NCBI GenBank assembly: GCA_023412915.1
Contig: JAEZRE010000014.1
Span: forward strand, 156,164 to 220,163
Reading direction: 5' to 3'
Source of the DNA: Bacillota bacterium
GTDB lineage: Bacteria; Bacillota; Clostridia; Acetivibrionales; DTU013
Length of the DNA: 64,000 bases
The notes beneath the pieces were generated by a model. It was not told the origin of the DNA. It saw only the letters and a list, made by a program, of their open reading frames with translations, and did not search any database. The position numbers and the translations under genes are program-made. This document shows positions 50,783 to 60,734 of this stretch, in pieces (positions within the stretch are counted from its first letter, which is position 1; every line of letters starts with the position of its first letter).

Positions 50783-51853
50783 ATGTCCAAGGAAAACGGA
50801 ATGTTCTATGTACCTGAAGGTAAACCGAACAAGGTAGTAAATGAAGGAGAATTCATTTTTTCAGCGGTAAGGCTCGACCACGGGCATATATACGGCATGA
50901 GCAAGGGACTCATAGAGGCAGGCGGACAACTCAAGTGGGTCTATGATCCTGATCCGGAAAAGGTCAAAAAATTCTGCGAGGCTTTCCCGGAGGCCAAGGT
51001 GGCAAGGAGCGAGGACGAAGTATTCCTCGATTCCTCCGTCCATATGGTGGCCGGCGCTGCCATAACCTCCGAGCGCTGCGCTCTGGGCCTTCGCGCCATG
51101 GACGCCGGAAAGGATTACTTTACCGACAAGGCTCCCCTGACCACGCTCGAACAGCTTGAGCAGGCAAAGGCCAAAGTACGCGACACAGGCAAGAAATATG
51201 CCGTCTATTACAGTGAAAGACTGCACGTCGAGAGCGCTGTCTTCGCGGGCCAGCTTATAGAACAGGACGCCATCGGAAGAGTAGTTCAGGTCATAGGCAT
51301 GGGCCCTCACCGCCACGGGAAAAACAGGCCCGACTGGTTCTACGAAACAAAGCAATTCGGCGGTATTCTCTGCGATATAGGAAGCCACCAGATAGAGCAG
51401 TTCCTTTTCTATACGGGCGCAAAGGACGCGACCGTACAGTTCTCGAGGATTGCAAATTACAACAATAAGCAGCATCCTAACTTCCAGGACTTCGGCGATG
51501 CCTCGCTGGTCGCTGACAACGGCGCAACGAACTATTTCCGTGTAGACTGGTTCACTCCCGACGCCCTCGAATCCTGGGGCGACGGCAGGCTGTTCATACT
51601 GGGAACGAAGGGCTTCATTGAAGTGAGAAAGAGCCTCGACATAGCTCGCGATCCCGACGGAGACCAGGTATATCTCGCAAACAACGAGCAGGTCGTACAT
51701 ATACCAGTCAAAGGCAAGGTCGGATATCCTTACTTTGGGCAGCTCATACTCGACTGCCTCAACAGGACCGAAAACGCCATGACTCAGGAGCACACGTTCA
51801 AGGCTGCCGAATTGTCTGTTAAGGCCCAGCTGATGGCAGTAAAGCTGGAATAG
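50783..51853 (+). CDS. Gfo/Idh/MocA-like oxidoreductase (divergent N-terminus)
   Basis: Family-like layout and C-terminal alpha/beta domain. The glycine-rich loop is not canonical. ATG 50783 lies 7 nt after AAGGAGG. Confidence 0.65.
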   Translation: MSKENGMFYVPEGKPNKVVNEGEFIFSAVRLDHGHIYGMSKGLIEAGGQLKWVYDPDPEKVKKFCEAFPEAKVARSEDEVFLDSSVHMVAGAAITSERCALGLRAMDAGKDYFTDKAPLTTLEQLEQAKAKVRDTGKKYAVYYSERLHVESAVFAGQLIEQDAIGRVVQVIGMGPHRHGKNRPDWFYETKQFGGILCDIGSHQIEQFLFYTGAKDATVQFSRIANYNNKQHPNFQDFGDASLVADNGATNYFRVDWFTPDALESWGDGRLFILGTKGFIEVRKSLDIARDPDGDQVYLANNEQVVHIPVKGKVGYPYFGQLILDCLNRTENAMTQEHTFKAAELSVKAQLMAVKLE

Positions 51854-51965
51854 GCTTGACTGATAACATTCACAATATTACCCTTCGGAAAGAGCTGTCG
51901 GTTACCGCGACGGCTCTTTCCTATTCCACGGGATCATTTGCGACAATCTCCGGCAATGAATCAAC

Positions 51966-52000
51966 AAAAAAAAGAAACAGGATGAATTCCTGTTCCTTTT
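51966..52000 (-). terminator. intrinsic terminator downstream of tRNA-Val (may also stop the convergent oxidoreductase operon)
   Basis: aacagg-atgaatt-cctgtt stem. A8 on the plus side gives T8 on the minus strand; cctttt follows on the plus side. Confidence 0.6.
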
Positions 52001-52009
52001 CCTATAAGC

Positions 52010-52084
52010 TGGTGCGGAATACTGGATTCGAACCAGTGACTTCTACCGTGTGAAGGTAGCACTCTCCCGCTGAGTTAATCCCGC
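52010..52084 (-). tRNA. tRNA-Val (anticodon CAC), CCA encoded
   Basis: Hand-folded: acceptor gcgggat/attccgc, D-arm actc/gagt, anticodon stem ctacc/ggtag with loop ttCACac, T-arm actgg-ttcgaat-ccagt. 75 nt. Confidence 0.95.
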
Positions 52085-52104
52085 TTGTTTTTACTTGTGT
52101 ATTT

Positions 52105-52133
52105 ATTATACGGCTTACCCTTGGGTTAGTCAA
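52105..52133 (-). promoter_or_regulatory. sigma-A promoter of tRNA-Val
   Basis: Minus strand reads TTGACT, 17-nt spacer, TATAAT. It lies ~20 nt upstream of the tRNA 5' end. Confidence 0.7.
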
Positions 52134-52229
52134 CCCACTTTGTCCGCAATTTACTGCAGTCCCCGTCAATTTCATAAGCGGACTGCAACGGGCGCTGTTC
52201 CTCAAGGCTTTAACCGGCATATCTCGCCG

Positions 52230-53627
52230 TTACGAATTGATCAGCACAATCTTTTTCTGCTCGTCGCACAATATGGTCCTTTTCCTGTCTTCAACCCTCG
52301 TATTGAGCATGACCCTACCCTCCCACAGGTCTACAAGGTGCTTTAAGGTCTCATTCGCATACTGCAGCTCAAGATCCCTGCCGTCGTGGAGATGCTCGAG
52401 TAAAAGTGTCCGATCCTGCTGATTCCAGTCCACCACGCGTATGACAGGCATATTTCCCAGGCCCGACGTTTCCGCTATTGTATCGCGTATCTTCATCCAG
52501 CCTTCCTCGTCGGCAACTTCGGAGACTATATATTCGTTACCGTCCTTTTCATATTCGTAAAGATTGAGTTCGCTGCAAAGCTCCTTTGTCAGGTATCGCC
52601 TGATAAAGGAACCATCCCTTTCAAGCTCGCGGACTTCAAATATTTTTTTCGGGTTGTCGGGGTTGTTCTTCTCAATGCTTTCAAATAGCTTGAAACCCAG
52701 GAAATATGGATTGATACTACCCTCGAACGGCTTTATCACCTGGTTGTGCCGTCTCAAAAATTCGAAAAACAGCTGCTGCGGCAGCTCCAGCCTGTTCAGT
52801 AGCTTATAATGCCAATAGCTGGCCCATCCCTCATTCATTATCTTCGTCTCGATCTGAGGTATGAAATACAGCGTTTCTTCGCGGATAATACCGATTATAT
52901 CCTTTTCCCATTCGCTTAGCCTGCCGTAAGTACCTACAAAATTCAACAGATCCTCTTCGGGTTCGGGCGGTATTTTCCTCAATTCCTGTTCGGGTATTTC
53001 GGTATGGCTTGGCGGGCAAAGCAGCGGGAAATCGTTTTCATGTCCGGTGTCCCTGCTTTTGAGCCTCTTTATCGTTTCTTCATAATCCAACCTGCGTGCC
53101 CCTATCGTTCTTGCGCACTGGTAGCGCAATGCGTGGGCGGCGTCTATCACCTTTTCCACCCTGGAATAGCCGATACTTGGGTCGCTTATATATTCGCGTA
53201 TCCGGGCCGCGTGGTTCTTGAACATTTCAACGGTATAATCCGCTTTCGTGCCGGTTTTGAACAAGCGGTTATTCCTGAAGAAATCGTTATGCCCGTATAC
53301 GTGGGCCATTGTAAGTATCTGCAGCAGAAGCGAATTGTCTTTCATCAGGTAGGCGACGCAGGGATTTGAGTTGATCACCATTTCATACGGCAGTCCGGTC
53401 AGATTGTACTTGTTCAACGTGCGTATGCGCTCGTATGCTTTGCCGAAACTCCAGTGCGGGTAATGCGAAGGCATTCCTGCGTAGGCTTCATATGCGGTCA
53501 TGTCCTCGTAGCTTACCAGTTCGAATTCCTGGTTATAACACTCGAGGCCCGATTCTCTCACCAATTCCTCTATCCTGTAGTTCCACTGCTCAAGTTCCTT
53601 GATACTGTAATCAGACAATAGTTTCAC
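52230..53627 (-). CDS. spoVR: SpoVR-family protein (stage V sporulation protein R-like)
   Basis: 465 aa. SHYPHWSFGKAYE, MAHVYGHNDFFRNN and NEGWASYWH motifs. Last gene of the prkA-yhbH-spoVR arrangement. GTG start. Confidence 0.92.
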   Translation of the reverse strand: MKLLSDYSIKELEQWNYRIEELVRESGLECYNQEFELVSYEDMTAYEAYAGMPSHYPHWSFGKAYERIRTLNKYNLTGLPYEMVINSNPCVAYLMKDNSLLLQILTMAHVYGHNDFFRNNRLFKTGTKADYTVEMFKNHAARIREYISDPSIGYSRVEKVIDAAHALRYQCARTIGARRLDYEETIKRLKSRDTGHENDFPLLCPPSHTEIPEQELRKIPPEPEEDLLNFVGTYGRLSEWEKDIIGIIREETLYFIPQIETKIMNEGWASYWHYKLLNRLELPQQLFFEFLRRHNQVIKPFEGSINPYFLGFKLFESIEKNNPDNPKKIFEVRELERDGSFIRRYLTKELCSELNLYEYEKDGNEYIVSEVADEEGWMKIRDTIAETSGLGNMPVIRVVDWNQQDRTLLLEHLHDGRDLELQYANETLKHLVDLWEGRVMLNTRVEDRKRTILCDEQKKIVLINS

Positions 53628-53642
53628 CAGCCCCCCTCTATC

Positions 53643-55019
53643 TCAGGCTTTTTCACCGTCTTTTTCAAGCAGCCGCTTCAGACCGGTAACGATGTCATCC
53701 TTTCTTGACATCGTTACAATAATAAAATTATTGCTTGATATGTTTTTAATAAATTCAGATTTGACCGTACTTCCAGCAAAATAATATCCCGGGACGATCT
53801 CCCCGTAGCCGAAAAGATTGCAAACTTCGCACAGCTTGAGCGCCAGTTCGACGGCTTTTTTATTGTCTTCGGTCCAGTTATCGCCGTCGCTGCAGTGGAA
53901 GGCGTATATATTCCAGTTTTTCGGATTGTAACGTTGCTCTATGATCTCCAGCGCTTTTTCATAACCGCTGCTGATATATGTTCCGCCCGACTCGCCCTTG
54001 TGGAAAAACTCCACCTCCCCGACCTCCCTGGCCGTGGTCGTATGTGCTATGAAAACCACTTCTACATTCGAATACTTGAGCCTCAGGAACTGGTACAGCA
54101 GAAAATAAAAACTCCTGGCCATATATTTCTTGGTCTGGTCCATGGAACCGGAAACATCCATAATACAGAGCACAACTGCATTGAAATCCTTTTTATGCGT
54201 CTCTTTCAGCCTGCGATAGCGCAAATCGTCCTCCATGAACGGAAATCGCTCATTATCATAGCCGTTCCGAGTGCCAGTGGTATAGGAGCCTCCCGCTTCA
54301 TCGCGCATGTCTGCCGGCGACACATCCCCATTGTCCTTCAAAGGCAGGTGCTCCGACGGCATTCTGCCCTTCGACAGATCTCCTACCGCCATACCGTCTC
54401 TCGAAAGGCCTGCGTCCGGTATATTATCCTTCGACAGGTCTCCCGCCGGCATACCGTCCCCCGGCAGGCCTTCTTCCGCTTCCGTGTTCCTCTTGTAGGC
54501 CTGCTTCCTTTTTATTTTTTCGATAACGGTTCTTCTCTTGGCAAGTCTGGGCGGAATCCCTTTCCTTTGATAGCCTAGCTTTCTGAAGCCGTTATCCGCC
54601 TCTATCTCCGATATCCTCTTTCTGTCCAGATCGGGCAGATCCAGGTCGTCGAAAAGGTAATTGACCAGCTCTTCGACTGTTATTTCGGTCTCATAAATAT
54701 CTTCGCCTTCCTGATCACCCGCGCCTCCATGCCCGAAATTCTTGCCTTCGGCGTCTTCTCCTACGACGTCACCTCTTTTTTCATCTCCGTCCCCCGTTGC
54801 CGCACCTTTGGCATTTTTACCGAAAACAAAGCTGTATTCCTTTATCCCTCTAACGGGTATCTTTATTTTTTTGCTGCCGCTCTGGCCGATTATGCTTTCC
54901 TCCGATATGATGCTGCCGATATTCTTTTTTATCGACTCCTCAACCAGTTCCTTATGCCTGCGCCTGTCTTCGGAGGAGCGCTCCTTGCCTCCCGGATCGT
55001 AATCCCTGAAAATCGCCAT
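53643..55019 (-). CDS. yhbH: YhbH/DUF444-family sporulation protein
   Basis: N-terminal DRRRHKELVEESIKKNIG, then a VWA-like CIMDVSGSM...FHCSDGDNW. It contains a 20-aa duplicated insert. Confidence 0.92.
   Translation of the reverse strand: MAIFRDYDPGGKERSSEDRRRHKELVEESIKKNIGSIISEESIIGQSGSKKIKIPVRGIKEYSFVFGKNAKGAATGDGDEKRGDVVGEDAEGKNFGHGGAGDQEGEDIYETEITVEELVNYLFDDLDLPDLDRKRISEIEADNGFRKLGYQRKGIPPRLAKRRTVIEKIKRKQAYKRNTEAEEGLPGDGMPAGDLSKDNIPDAGLSRDGMAVGDLSKGRMPSEHLPLKDNGDVSPADMRDEAGGSYTTGTRNGYDNERFPFMEDDLRYRRLKETHKKDFNAVVLCIMDVSGSMDQTKKYMARSFYFLLYQFLRLKYSNVEVVFIAHTTTAREVGEVEFFHKGESGGTYISSGYEKALEIIEQRYNPKNWNIYAFHCSDGDNWTEDNKKAVELALKLCEVCNLFGYGEIVPGYYFAGSTVKSEFIKNISSNNFIIVTMSRKDDIVTGLKRLLEKDGEKA
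54361..54480. repeat. 2 x 60-bp tandem duplication inside yhbH (each unit made of two related 30-bp halves)
   Basis: 54361-54420 vs 54421-54480. Encodes GLPGDGMPAGDLSKDNIPDA / GLSRDGMAVGDLSKGRMPSE on the minus strand. Confidence 0.8.
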
Positions 55020-55031
55020 TTTATCCTCCGC

Positions 55032-56957
55032 TCAATCCTTCCACAGATTATTGGCACCGTATTTGAGGATCACGTTGCAGCAGTGGTCACAGTAGCCATT
55101 CCTTTTCATTTCCTCGACCATTGCGTTATATTTCCTGTCCTGCTCCTCGTCCCTTACCTTTGCCTTGGTAATGATCCTACTCAATTCCTTCACCGAAGTC
55201 GTGAGCTTCTTCTCTATAGCCTCCTTCAGAGGCTCGTAGCTGTCGTAATCGAGTTTTCCGCCATTGCGCAGCACAAAGAACATATATGCGGTAACATCGC
55301 TCCTGAAGCCTTTGGCGGAGGACTCCGTTATTCCGATCTGCTCTTCTATCGAACGCATGAAACGCTCGTCGGGTTCGAGCTCTTCTCCCGTGTTGGGATC
55401 CTTCAGCCTCGTCTTGTTAATAAACGCCTCGGCATGGTCGAGATAATTGTTGAACAGACTTTCGGCCTGTTCCCTGTATCCATAGATAAAGGCCTTGGTG
55501 ACCTCTTTCTCGAGTATCCTGTTATATTCCTTCTTTATTGAATCCTGCACGAATCTGATATATTTGCTCTTCTCCTCATCGCTGACAGGAAGCTCCTTCA
55601 CGGACTTTATTATCATTTCCATGACCGATATGGGGTTGATACAGTCGTGTTCGGACTCGGACAATGCCATATCGAGGGCTTTCATTATAAAACGGGTGGA
55701 AATGCCCGACATGCCCTCGCGCGAATTCTCCTCCCGCAGCTCCATGATGTCTATCTTCCGTGTCAGGCCTTTCTCAACTATTTCTTCGCCGTTGTAAATC
55801 TTGAGCTTGGTCATCAGGTCGACCTTCGAAGAAGGCGCAAGCCTTGTCAGTATTGCGAACATCGAAGCCACCTCGATGGTGTGCGGGGCTATGTGAGCTT
55901 TGAACATACTCTTTCTGAGTATTTTTTCATATATCTTCATTTCTTCGTTTAGTTCAAGGCAATACGGTATCTCAATCTTTACAATCCTGTCCAGTATCGC
56001 TTCGTTTGTGTGATCGGATTTGAATTTGTTCCATTCGGCCTCGTTCGAGTGAGCCAGGATGACGCCGTCGAAATAGATCATGGAGCCTTTGCCCGGGGAT
56101 GGTATCGATTTTTCCTGCGTCGCTGTTATCATCGTATGGAGATACTCGGTCTCATTTTTGAAAACCTCGATAAACTCCACTATTCCCCTGTTTCCCACGT
56201 TAAACGCGCCATTGAGCGACAACACCCTGGGATCGTCTTCCGGATACAGGTCTATCCGCGAAATGTCCACACTGCCGGTCAATACGCTGGTATCCTGGTT
56301 GTTCGGGTCGACCGGCGGCACGACGCCTATACCCTTTCGCGACCTGATAGAGAAACCGGTGGTTTCTACAGGAAACCGCTCATACTCACCGTTGTATTCA
56401 TTCTTAAGCCTGAACCTGCAGATCGGGCATAGATCGCCTTCTATCCTGACGCCGAGTATCTCTTCGAATTCCTTCCTCAAATGTTTCGGTACGAGGTGTA
56501 GAGGCTCCTCCCTCATGGGACACCCTTTCAGGGCGTATACCTCCGGGCTTCCCTCAAGGGCTTTTTTGAGCGCCTCCATAAGGGAAGACTTTCCCGAGCC
56601 CACCGGCCCAACCAGATAAAGGACCTGTCTGGACTCCTCGCCCGCCATTGCTGCCGAATGGAAATATCTCACGATACTCATTATTGTTTTGTCTATTCCG
56701 TAAAAATCGCCGAAAAAATTATACCTGCGTATCACATCGTTACCATAGATCCTTCGCAGCCTCGGGTGTTCGTCCGTTTTGACGATCTCCACTCCCGCTT
56801 CGGAAATCAGGTCATACAGCCGTTGGTGCGAAAACATCGCCAGACGCGGATCCTTCCTTACCAGTTCCGCATAATCGAGAAACGTACCGACAAAATGGCT
56901 TCTTACCCTCTCCTGCCTATCCTTTTTTATGATACCGGAAATATCACTTTCAACCAT
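55032..56957 (-). CDS. prkA: PrkA-family serine protein kinase (AAA-type)
   Basis: 641 aa. Walker A LYLVGPVGSGKSSL and the conserved PrkA C-terminal region. Confidence 0.95.
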   Translation of the reverse strand: MVESDISGIIKKDRQERVRSHFVGTFLDYAELVRKDPRLAMFSHQRLYDLISEAGVEIVKTDEHPRLRRIYGNDVIRRYNFFGDFYGIDKTIMSIVRYFHSAAMAGEESRQVLYLVGPVGSGKSSLMEALKKALEGSPEVYALKGCPMREEPLHLVPKHLRKEFEEILGVRIEGDLCPICRFRLKNEYNGEYERFPVETTGFSIRSRKGIGVVPPVDPNNQDTSVLTGSVDISRIDLYPEDDPRVLSLNGAFNVGNRGIVEFIEVFKNETEYLHTMITATQEKSIPSPGKGSMIYFDGVILAHSNEAEWNKFKSDHTNEAILDRIVKIEIPYCLELNEEMKIYEKILRKSMFKAHIAPHTIEVASMFAILTRLAPSSKVDLMTKLKIYNGEEIVEKGLTRKIDIMELREENSREGMSGISTRFIMKALDMALSESEHDCINPISVMEMIIKSVKELPVSDEEKSKYIRFVQDSIKKEYNRILEKEVTKAFIYGYREQAESLFNNYLDHAEAFINKTRLKDPNTGEELEPDERFMRSIEEQIGITESSAKGFRSDVTAYMFFVLRNGGKLDYDSYEPLKEAIEKKLTTSVKELSRIITKAKVRDEEQDRKYNAMVEEMKRNGYCDHCCNVILKYGANNLWKD

Positions 56958-57179
56958 ACTGCCTGCCTCCTTGTCCTGTGAAACATACCGGTTTGGCGTT
57001 TTCGGCGCATATGCGCCATAGTAAATTATATTAGCAGGGCTTTGCTAAAATGCCACAGGACGTATATGGTAAGGTATGGCAATAAGGTATCAAGTGTGAT
57101 TTTTTAGTATCCAGTATTTACATACGGTGGACATAACGTCAGGATGATATAATAGAATATGAACCTGGAGGCTGATGCG

Positions 57180-59015
57180 ATGCCTTATAAAAAACCTGTA
57201 AGATACATCTCCGGCTTGGTTGCGGGGTTTCTACTGTTTATTGCATTATTGGCGGTACAGCTGAATAGTGTTATTTTCAATGCCGGTTTCCAGCAAGCGG
57301 CTATAGACAGATTAAATATTTACGAACGTTTAGTAGCCGCACCAGTCATGTTCTCAGCAAAAAGCGGAGATATACCTTTTGAGGCTGCTGTTAAAAATTC
57401 GATCACGCCCGATCTATTGAACAAGAACGTAAAATCTCTTATCGACGGTCTAATAGATTTTGTCAGCGGACGGTCGCGCAATCTCCCTGATCTCTATATC
57501 TCAGGCGCCGACAAGTTGAGTATTGCGACGTCCGCAGGGGTTACGCCCGCGGCTGTTGAAAAAATAAACCTGCAGTTGATTATGATGTTTTCCAGCGAAC
57601 AGAATTTTAATGACATTTTATCAGTTGTGAGCCTGATACAGTTCATTCTTGCCTACCTTCCGCCGTTTTCCCTGCTGCTGTGCGCCGCTGTGGCCGCGGC
57701 GGCTTCAGTCAAACGCCCGTCCGAAATTCCTGGCTGGATGCGCACCTCGGTATTGACCTTTTTTATACTATGCTGGCTGTCTGCCTGGCTGATCGATTCG
57801 ATCCCCTGGTTGATACCATTTGAAAGGTTTTCATGGTTACCGGGGTCCGATGTGACAGGAATACTCTTTGATTATATACATTATTGCTCCGGCGGTATCT
57901 CCGCAGGCATACTTTTATCAGGCCTGCTCCTGCCTGCGGGAATATGGTTTGCCTTCTATCTATGCAATCGCCTTAACGAACGCAATGAAACCGTCAGTCT
58001 GATAACTTCTTCATCACACCGCAATCGGGGTGGACTTAGGCATAAATCCGGCTTGATGCCGGACCAGGGCAGCTCGATGCCTGTCCTGGATCGTTCGATG
58101 CCGGTTTGGGGCAGCTCGTCGGCGGCAAAGGCCAGCTCGTTACCGGTCCGGATCAACACGACGTCGACCAAGGCTTGTACAATACCGGGCCGGGGCAGCT
58201 CGACGCCGGTCCGTACACATTTTATACCGGTTCGGACTCGGTTTACATCTGCCCGGAACAGGACTATACCGTTGTTGCTCGCAGTAACAGCTATTTACTC
58301 CCTGTTGGCCTATGCGCTTGTCAGCAATACAGACAGCCTGTTTCACAAAAGAAACCTTGCACATGCTGTTTCCTACATAATGGGAAACCTGAGCTACAAC
58401 AGATATACGGATGCAAGAAATGAAGATGTTTGCCTTCTGAATGTAAAGGTGGTGAGTGAGAATGACAAAACACCGGTGCAAAATATGCCGATGGTGATGT
58501 ATCCTCTTGATTCCAGTTCTGCCGGCAAGGCATCAGGCGATAAGAGAGTTGCTCTCCAAAAAACAGATGAGAACGGCTCCGGCTCTTTTTTACTGTCTAA
58601 AGGCGAATTCAGACTTGAACTTTATTCTTCGGACTCATCAGGCTACGATTACCAGGCTGTACCTGCGCCGCTTTCATATAATCTAAGCCTTTCGTCGCCC
58701 GGAAGAACCGATCTTACTGTTACACTCGGCAGTGCTGCCGGAACAGCCGGCAACGACGGCTCTGTAAGCAATACAGGTACAGCGGTCAATCCAGGCAGTT
58801 CAACCACAGCAAGCGAATCGTCTAAAGCAAGCGACTCCGATAAATCAGGCAACGCCAATAATCCAACCGACTCCGGTAAATCAAACAACGCCAATAATTC
58901 GACCGGTACCGGCAATTCAACCGTTGCCGGCAGTTCAAGCGACCCAGGCGTTACCAGTGTTCCTGTCATACCACGTTTAAAGATCGTAGATGCCTCAATG
59001 CAATACATGCCGTAA
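57180..59015 (+). CDS. hypothetical polytopic membrane protein with heptapeptide-repeat linker and S/T/N-rich C-terminus
   Basis: Several TM helices in the first ~270 aa, then ~11 x 7-aa repeats (SMPVLDR-like), a further TM, and a beta-rich segment (LLNVKVVSENDKTPV...ENGSGSFLLSKGEFRLELY). ATG 57180 lies 9 nt after GGAGG. Confidence 0.7.
   Translation: MPYKKPVRYISGLVAGFLLFIALLAVQLNSVIFNAGFQQAAIDRLNIYERLVAAPVMFSAKSGDIPFEAAVKNSITPDLLNKNVKSLIDGLIDFVSGRSRNLPDLYISGADKLSIATSAGVTPAAVEKINLQLIMMFSSEQNFNDILSVVSLIQFILAYLPPFSLLLCAAVAAAASVKRPSEIPGWMRTSVLTFFILCWLSAWLIDSIPWLIPFERFSWLPGSDVTGILFDYIHYCSGGISAGILLSGLLLPAGIWFAFYLCNRLNERNETVSLITSSSHRNRGGLRHKSGLMPDQGSSMPVLDRSMPVWGSSSAAKASSLPVRINTTSTKACTIPGRGSSTPVRTHFIPVRTRFTSARNRTIPLLLAVTAIYSLLAYALVSNTDSLFHKRNLAHAVSYIMGNLSYNRYTDARNEDVCLLNVKVVSENDKTPVQNMPMVMYPLDSSSAGKASGDKRVALQKTDENGSGSFLLSKGEFRLELYSSDSSGYDYQAVPAPLSYNLSLSSPGRTDLTVTLGSAAGTAGNDGSVSNTGTAVNPGSSTTASESSKASDSDKSGNANNPTDSGKSNNANNSTGTGNSTVAGSSSDPGVTSVPVIPRLKIVDASMQYMP
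58050..58280. repeat. about 11 tandem degenerate 21-bp units (in frame) inside the membrane-protein gene
   Basis: t(g/a)ccgg(t/a)-type cores at 58057, 58078, 58099, 58119, 58141, 58164, 58183, 58204, 58225, 58250 and 58267. Peptide units: LMPDQGS SMPVLDR SMPVWGS ... FIPVRTR. Confidence 0.75.
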
Positions 59016-59135
59016 TATCAGGCAGCTATGCAAACGGTTTTATATGCGACAAATTCACTGTCCCTCTGTCCCATCCTGATATGCGAATTCATCTGGAACA
59101 AAGTCCCTCTCCCTCTGTTCCACCCCGGTCCCATA

Positions 59136-59163
59136 TAAAAAGCTGCCCGTTTCAGGCAGCTTT
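59136..59163 (-). terminator. intrinsic terminator of the trpB-like gene
   Basis: Minus strand reads aaagctgcc-tgaaacg-ggcagcttt followed by TTTAT. Confidence 0.7.
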
Positions 59164-59211
59164 CATAATACTTTCACCTATTCTGTTTCAGTTTGATTTA
59201 CCCGTCCTTGC

Positions 59212-60576
59212 TTATTTTATATTCGGCAGATTGGCAATACTCTTTCTGACATCCTCTTTCGAATAGTCCACGTCGATCATATTTCCGCTGAAATAGAGGT
59301 CGTACGAAGACATATCGAAATATCCGTGTCCGCTCAGGTTGAAGAGTATAACCTTAGATTCGCCCGCTTCCTTGTATTTCAAAGCCTCGTCAATGGCGGC
59401 CCTGATGGCGTGGGAGGATTCCGGCGCCGGTACTATGCCTTCTGTACGTGCAAATAGGACTCCTGCGTCGAAGACCGACTTCTGGCCATACGACTGAGCT
59501 TCGATGATACCATCATGATAAAGCTGGCTTACGATGGCGGAATCGCCGTGATATCTCAACCCGCCCGCATGGATGCCCTCCGGTGTGAAATCATGGCCGA
59601 GGGTATACATCTTTGTAATAGGAGCAACCTTGGCAGTGTCGCCGTAATCATAAGCGAATACGCCTTTGGTAAGTGTGGGGCAGGCAGAAGGTTCCACTGC
59701 AACAGCTCTGACCCTGGCTCCGTCGAATTTATCCTTGATGAATGGGAATGAAATGCCTGAGAAGTTAGAACCACCGCCGCAGCAGGCAAAAATTACATCG
59801 GGGTATTCATCTATTTTCTGCATCTGAAGTTTTGCTTCCTGACCAATTATGGTCTGGTGGAGGCATACATGGTTCAGAACACTTCCGAGTGCGTAGTTGG
59901 TATCGTCGTGTGTCGCCGCATCCTCAACTGCCTCGCTGATGGCTATTCCAAGGCTTCCTGTCGAATCAGGGTCCCTTTCAAGTATCATCCTGCCCGAACT
60001 TGTCAGAGTGCTTGGGCTTGAATTGACAGTCGCTCCAAAGGTTTGCATGAATGAGCGCCTGTAGGGCTTTTGCTGATAGCTTACCTTGACCATGTAAACG
60101 GTGCAATCCATGCCAAAATGACTGCAGGCCATGCTCAGAGCACTTCCCCACTGCCCCGCTCCCGTTTCGGTCGCAAGACGCTTGATGCCGGCTTTTTTAT
60201 TGTAGTAAGCCTGCGCAAGCGCAGAATTCAGTTTATGGCTTCCTGTGGCGTTTACGCCCTCATACTTGTAATATATCCTCGCGGGTGTATCCAGCGCTTT
60301 CTCAAGGTTCCTTGCCCTGAACAGAGGCGTAGGCCGCCATTGCCTGTACATGTCCCTGACTTCGTCAGGTATTTCGATATATCTCTCCGCAGACATTTCC
60401 TGGGCTATAAGCGCATCAGGAAAAATGGCCTTCATTTCCTCAGGCTTCAGTGCTTCGCTTGTAAAAGGGCTGAAATACGGGGCGGGCTTGTTCGGCATGT
60501 CGGCAACAATATTGTACCAATGCCTCGGGATCTCGGATTCTTCCAATAGAACTTTAACGACATCATTTCTGCTCAT
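59212..60576 (-). CDS. TrpB-like PLP-dependent enzyme (tryptophan synthase beta chain, TrpB2 type)
   Basis: IPRHWYNIVADMPNKPAPYFSP N-terminus typical of TrpB2. GSHKLNSA (PLP Lys) and CCGGGSNFSG. There is no trpA or other trp genes nearby. Confidence 0.9.
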   Translation of the reverse strand: MSRNDVVKVLLEESEIPRHWYNIVADMPNKPAPYFSPFTSEALKPEEMKAIFPDALIAQEMSAERYIEIPDEVRDMYRQWRPTPLFRARNLEKALDTPARIYYKYEGVNATGSHKLNSALAQAYYNKKAGIKRLATETGAGQWGSALSMACSHFGMDCTVYMVKVSYQQKPYRRSFMQTFGATVNSSPSTLTSSGRMILERDPDSTGSLGIAISEAVEDAATHDDTNYALGSVLNHVCLHQTIIGQEAKLQMQKIDEYPDVIFACCGGGSNFSGISFPFIKDKFDGARVRAVAVEPSACPTLTKGVFAYDYGDTAKVAPITKMYTLGHDFTPEGIHAGGLRYHGDSAIVSQLYHDGIIEAQSYGQKSVFDAGVLFARTEGIVPAPESSHAIRAAIDEALKYKEAGESKVILFNLSGHGYFDMSSYDLYFSGNMIDVDYSKEDVRKSIANLPNIK

Positions 60577-60734
60577 GATTCTCAACTCTCCTCATCTTAT
60601 CTATTCTGACCTGTTCTAATCTCTTTTTAATATATTATAATATTATTTAATCATTTGCAAGTAAATAATGGCAGTTATCAAGCGGATATATTCATATTTA
60701 TCAGGTTACCTTCGTCCTTCATTCAACCCGCCTG

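Noticed and set aside
50861-55541. Antisense ORFs of 310 aa (50861-51793), 227 aa (53895-54578) and 270 aa (54729-55541). Similar shadows occur at 27000-27701, 45846-46523 and 4516-5256.
   Set aside because: All lie opposite confidently assigned genes and lack translation signals and family resemblance.
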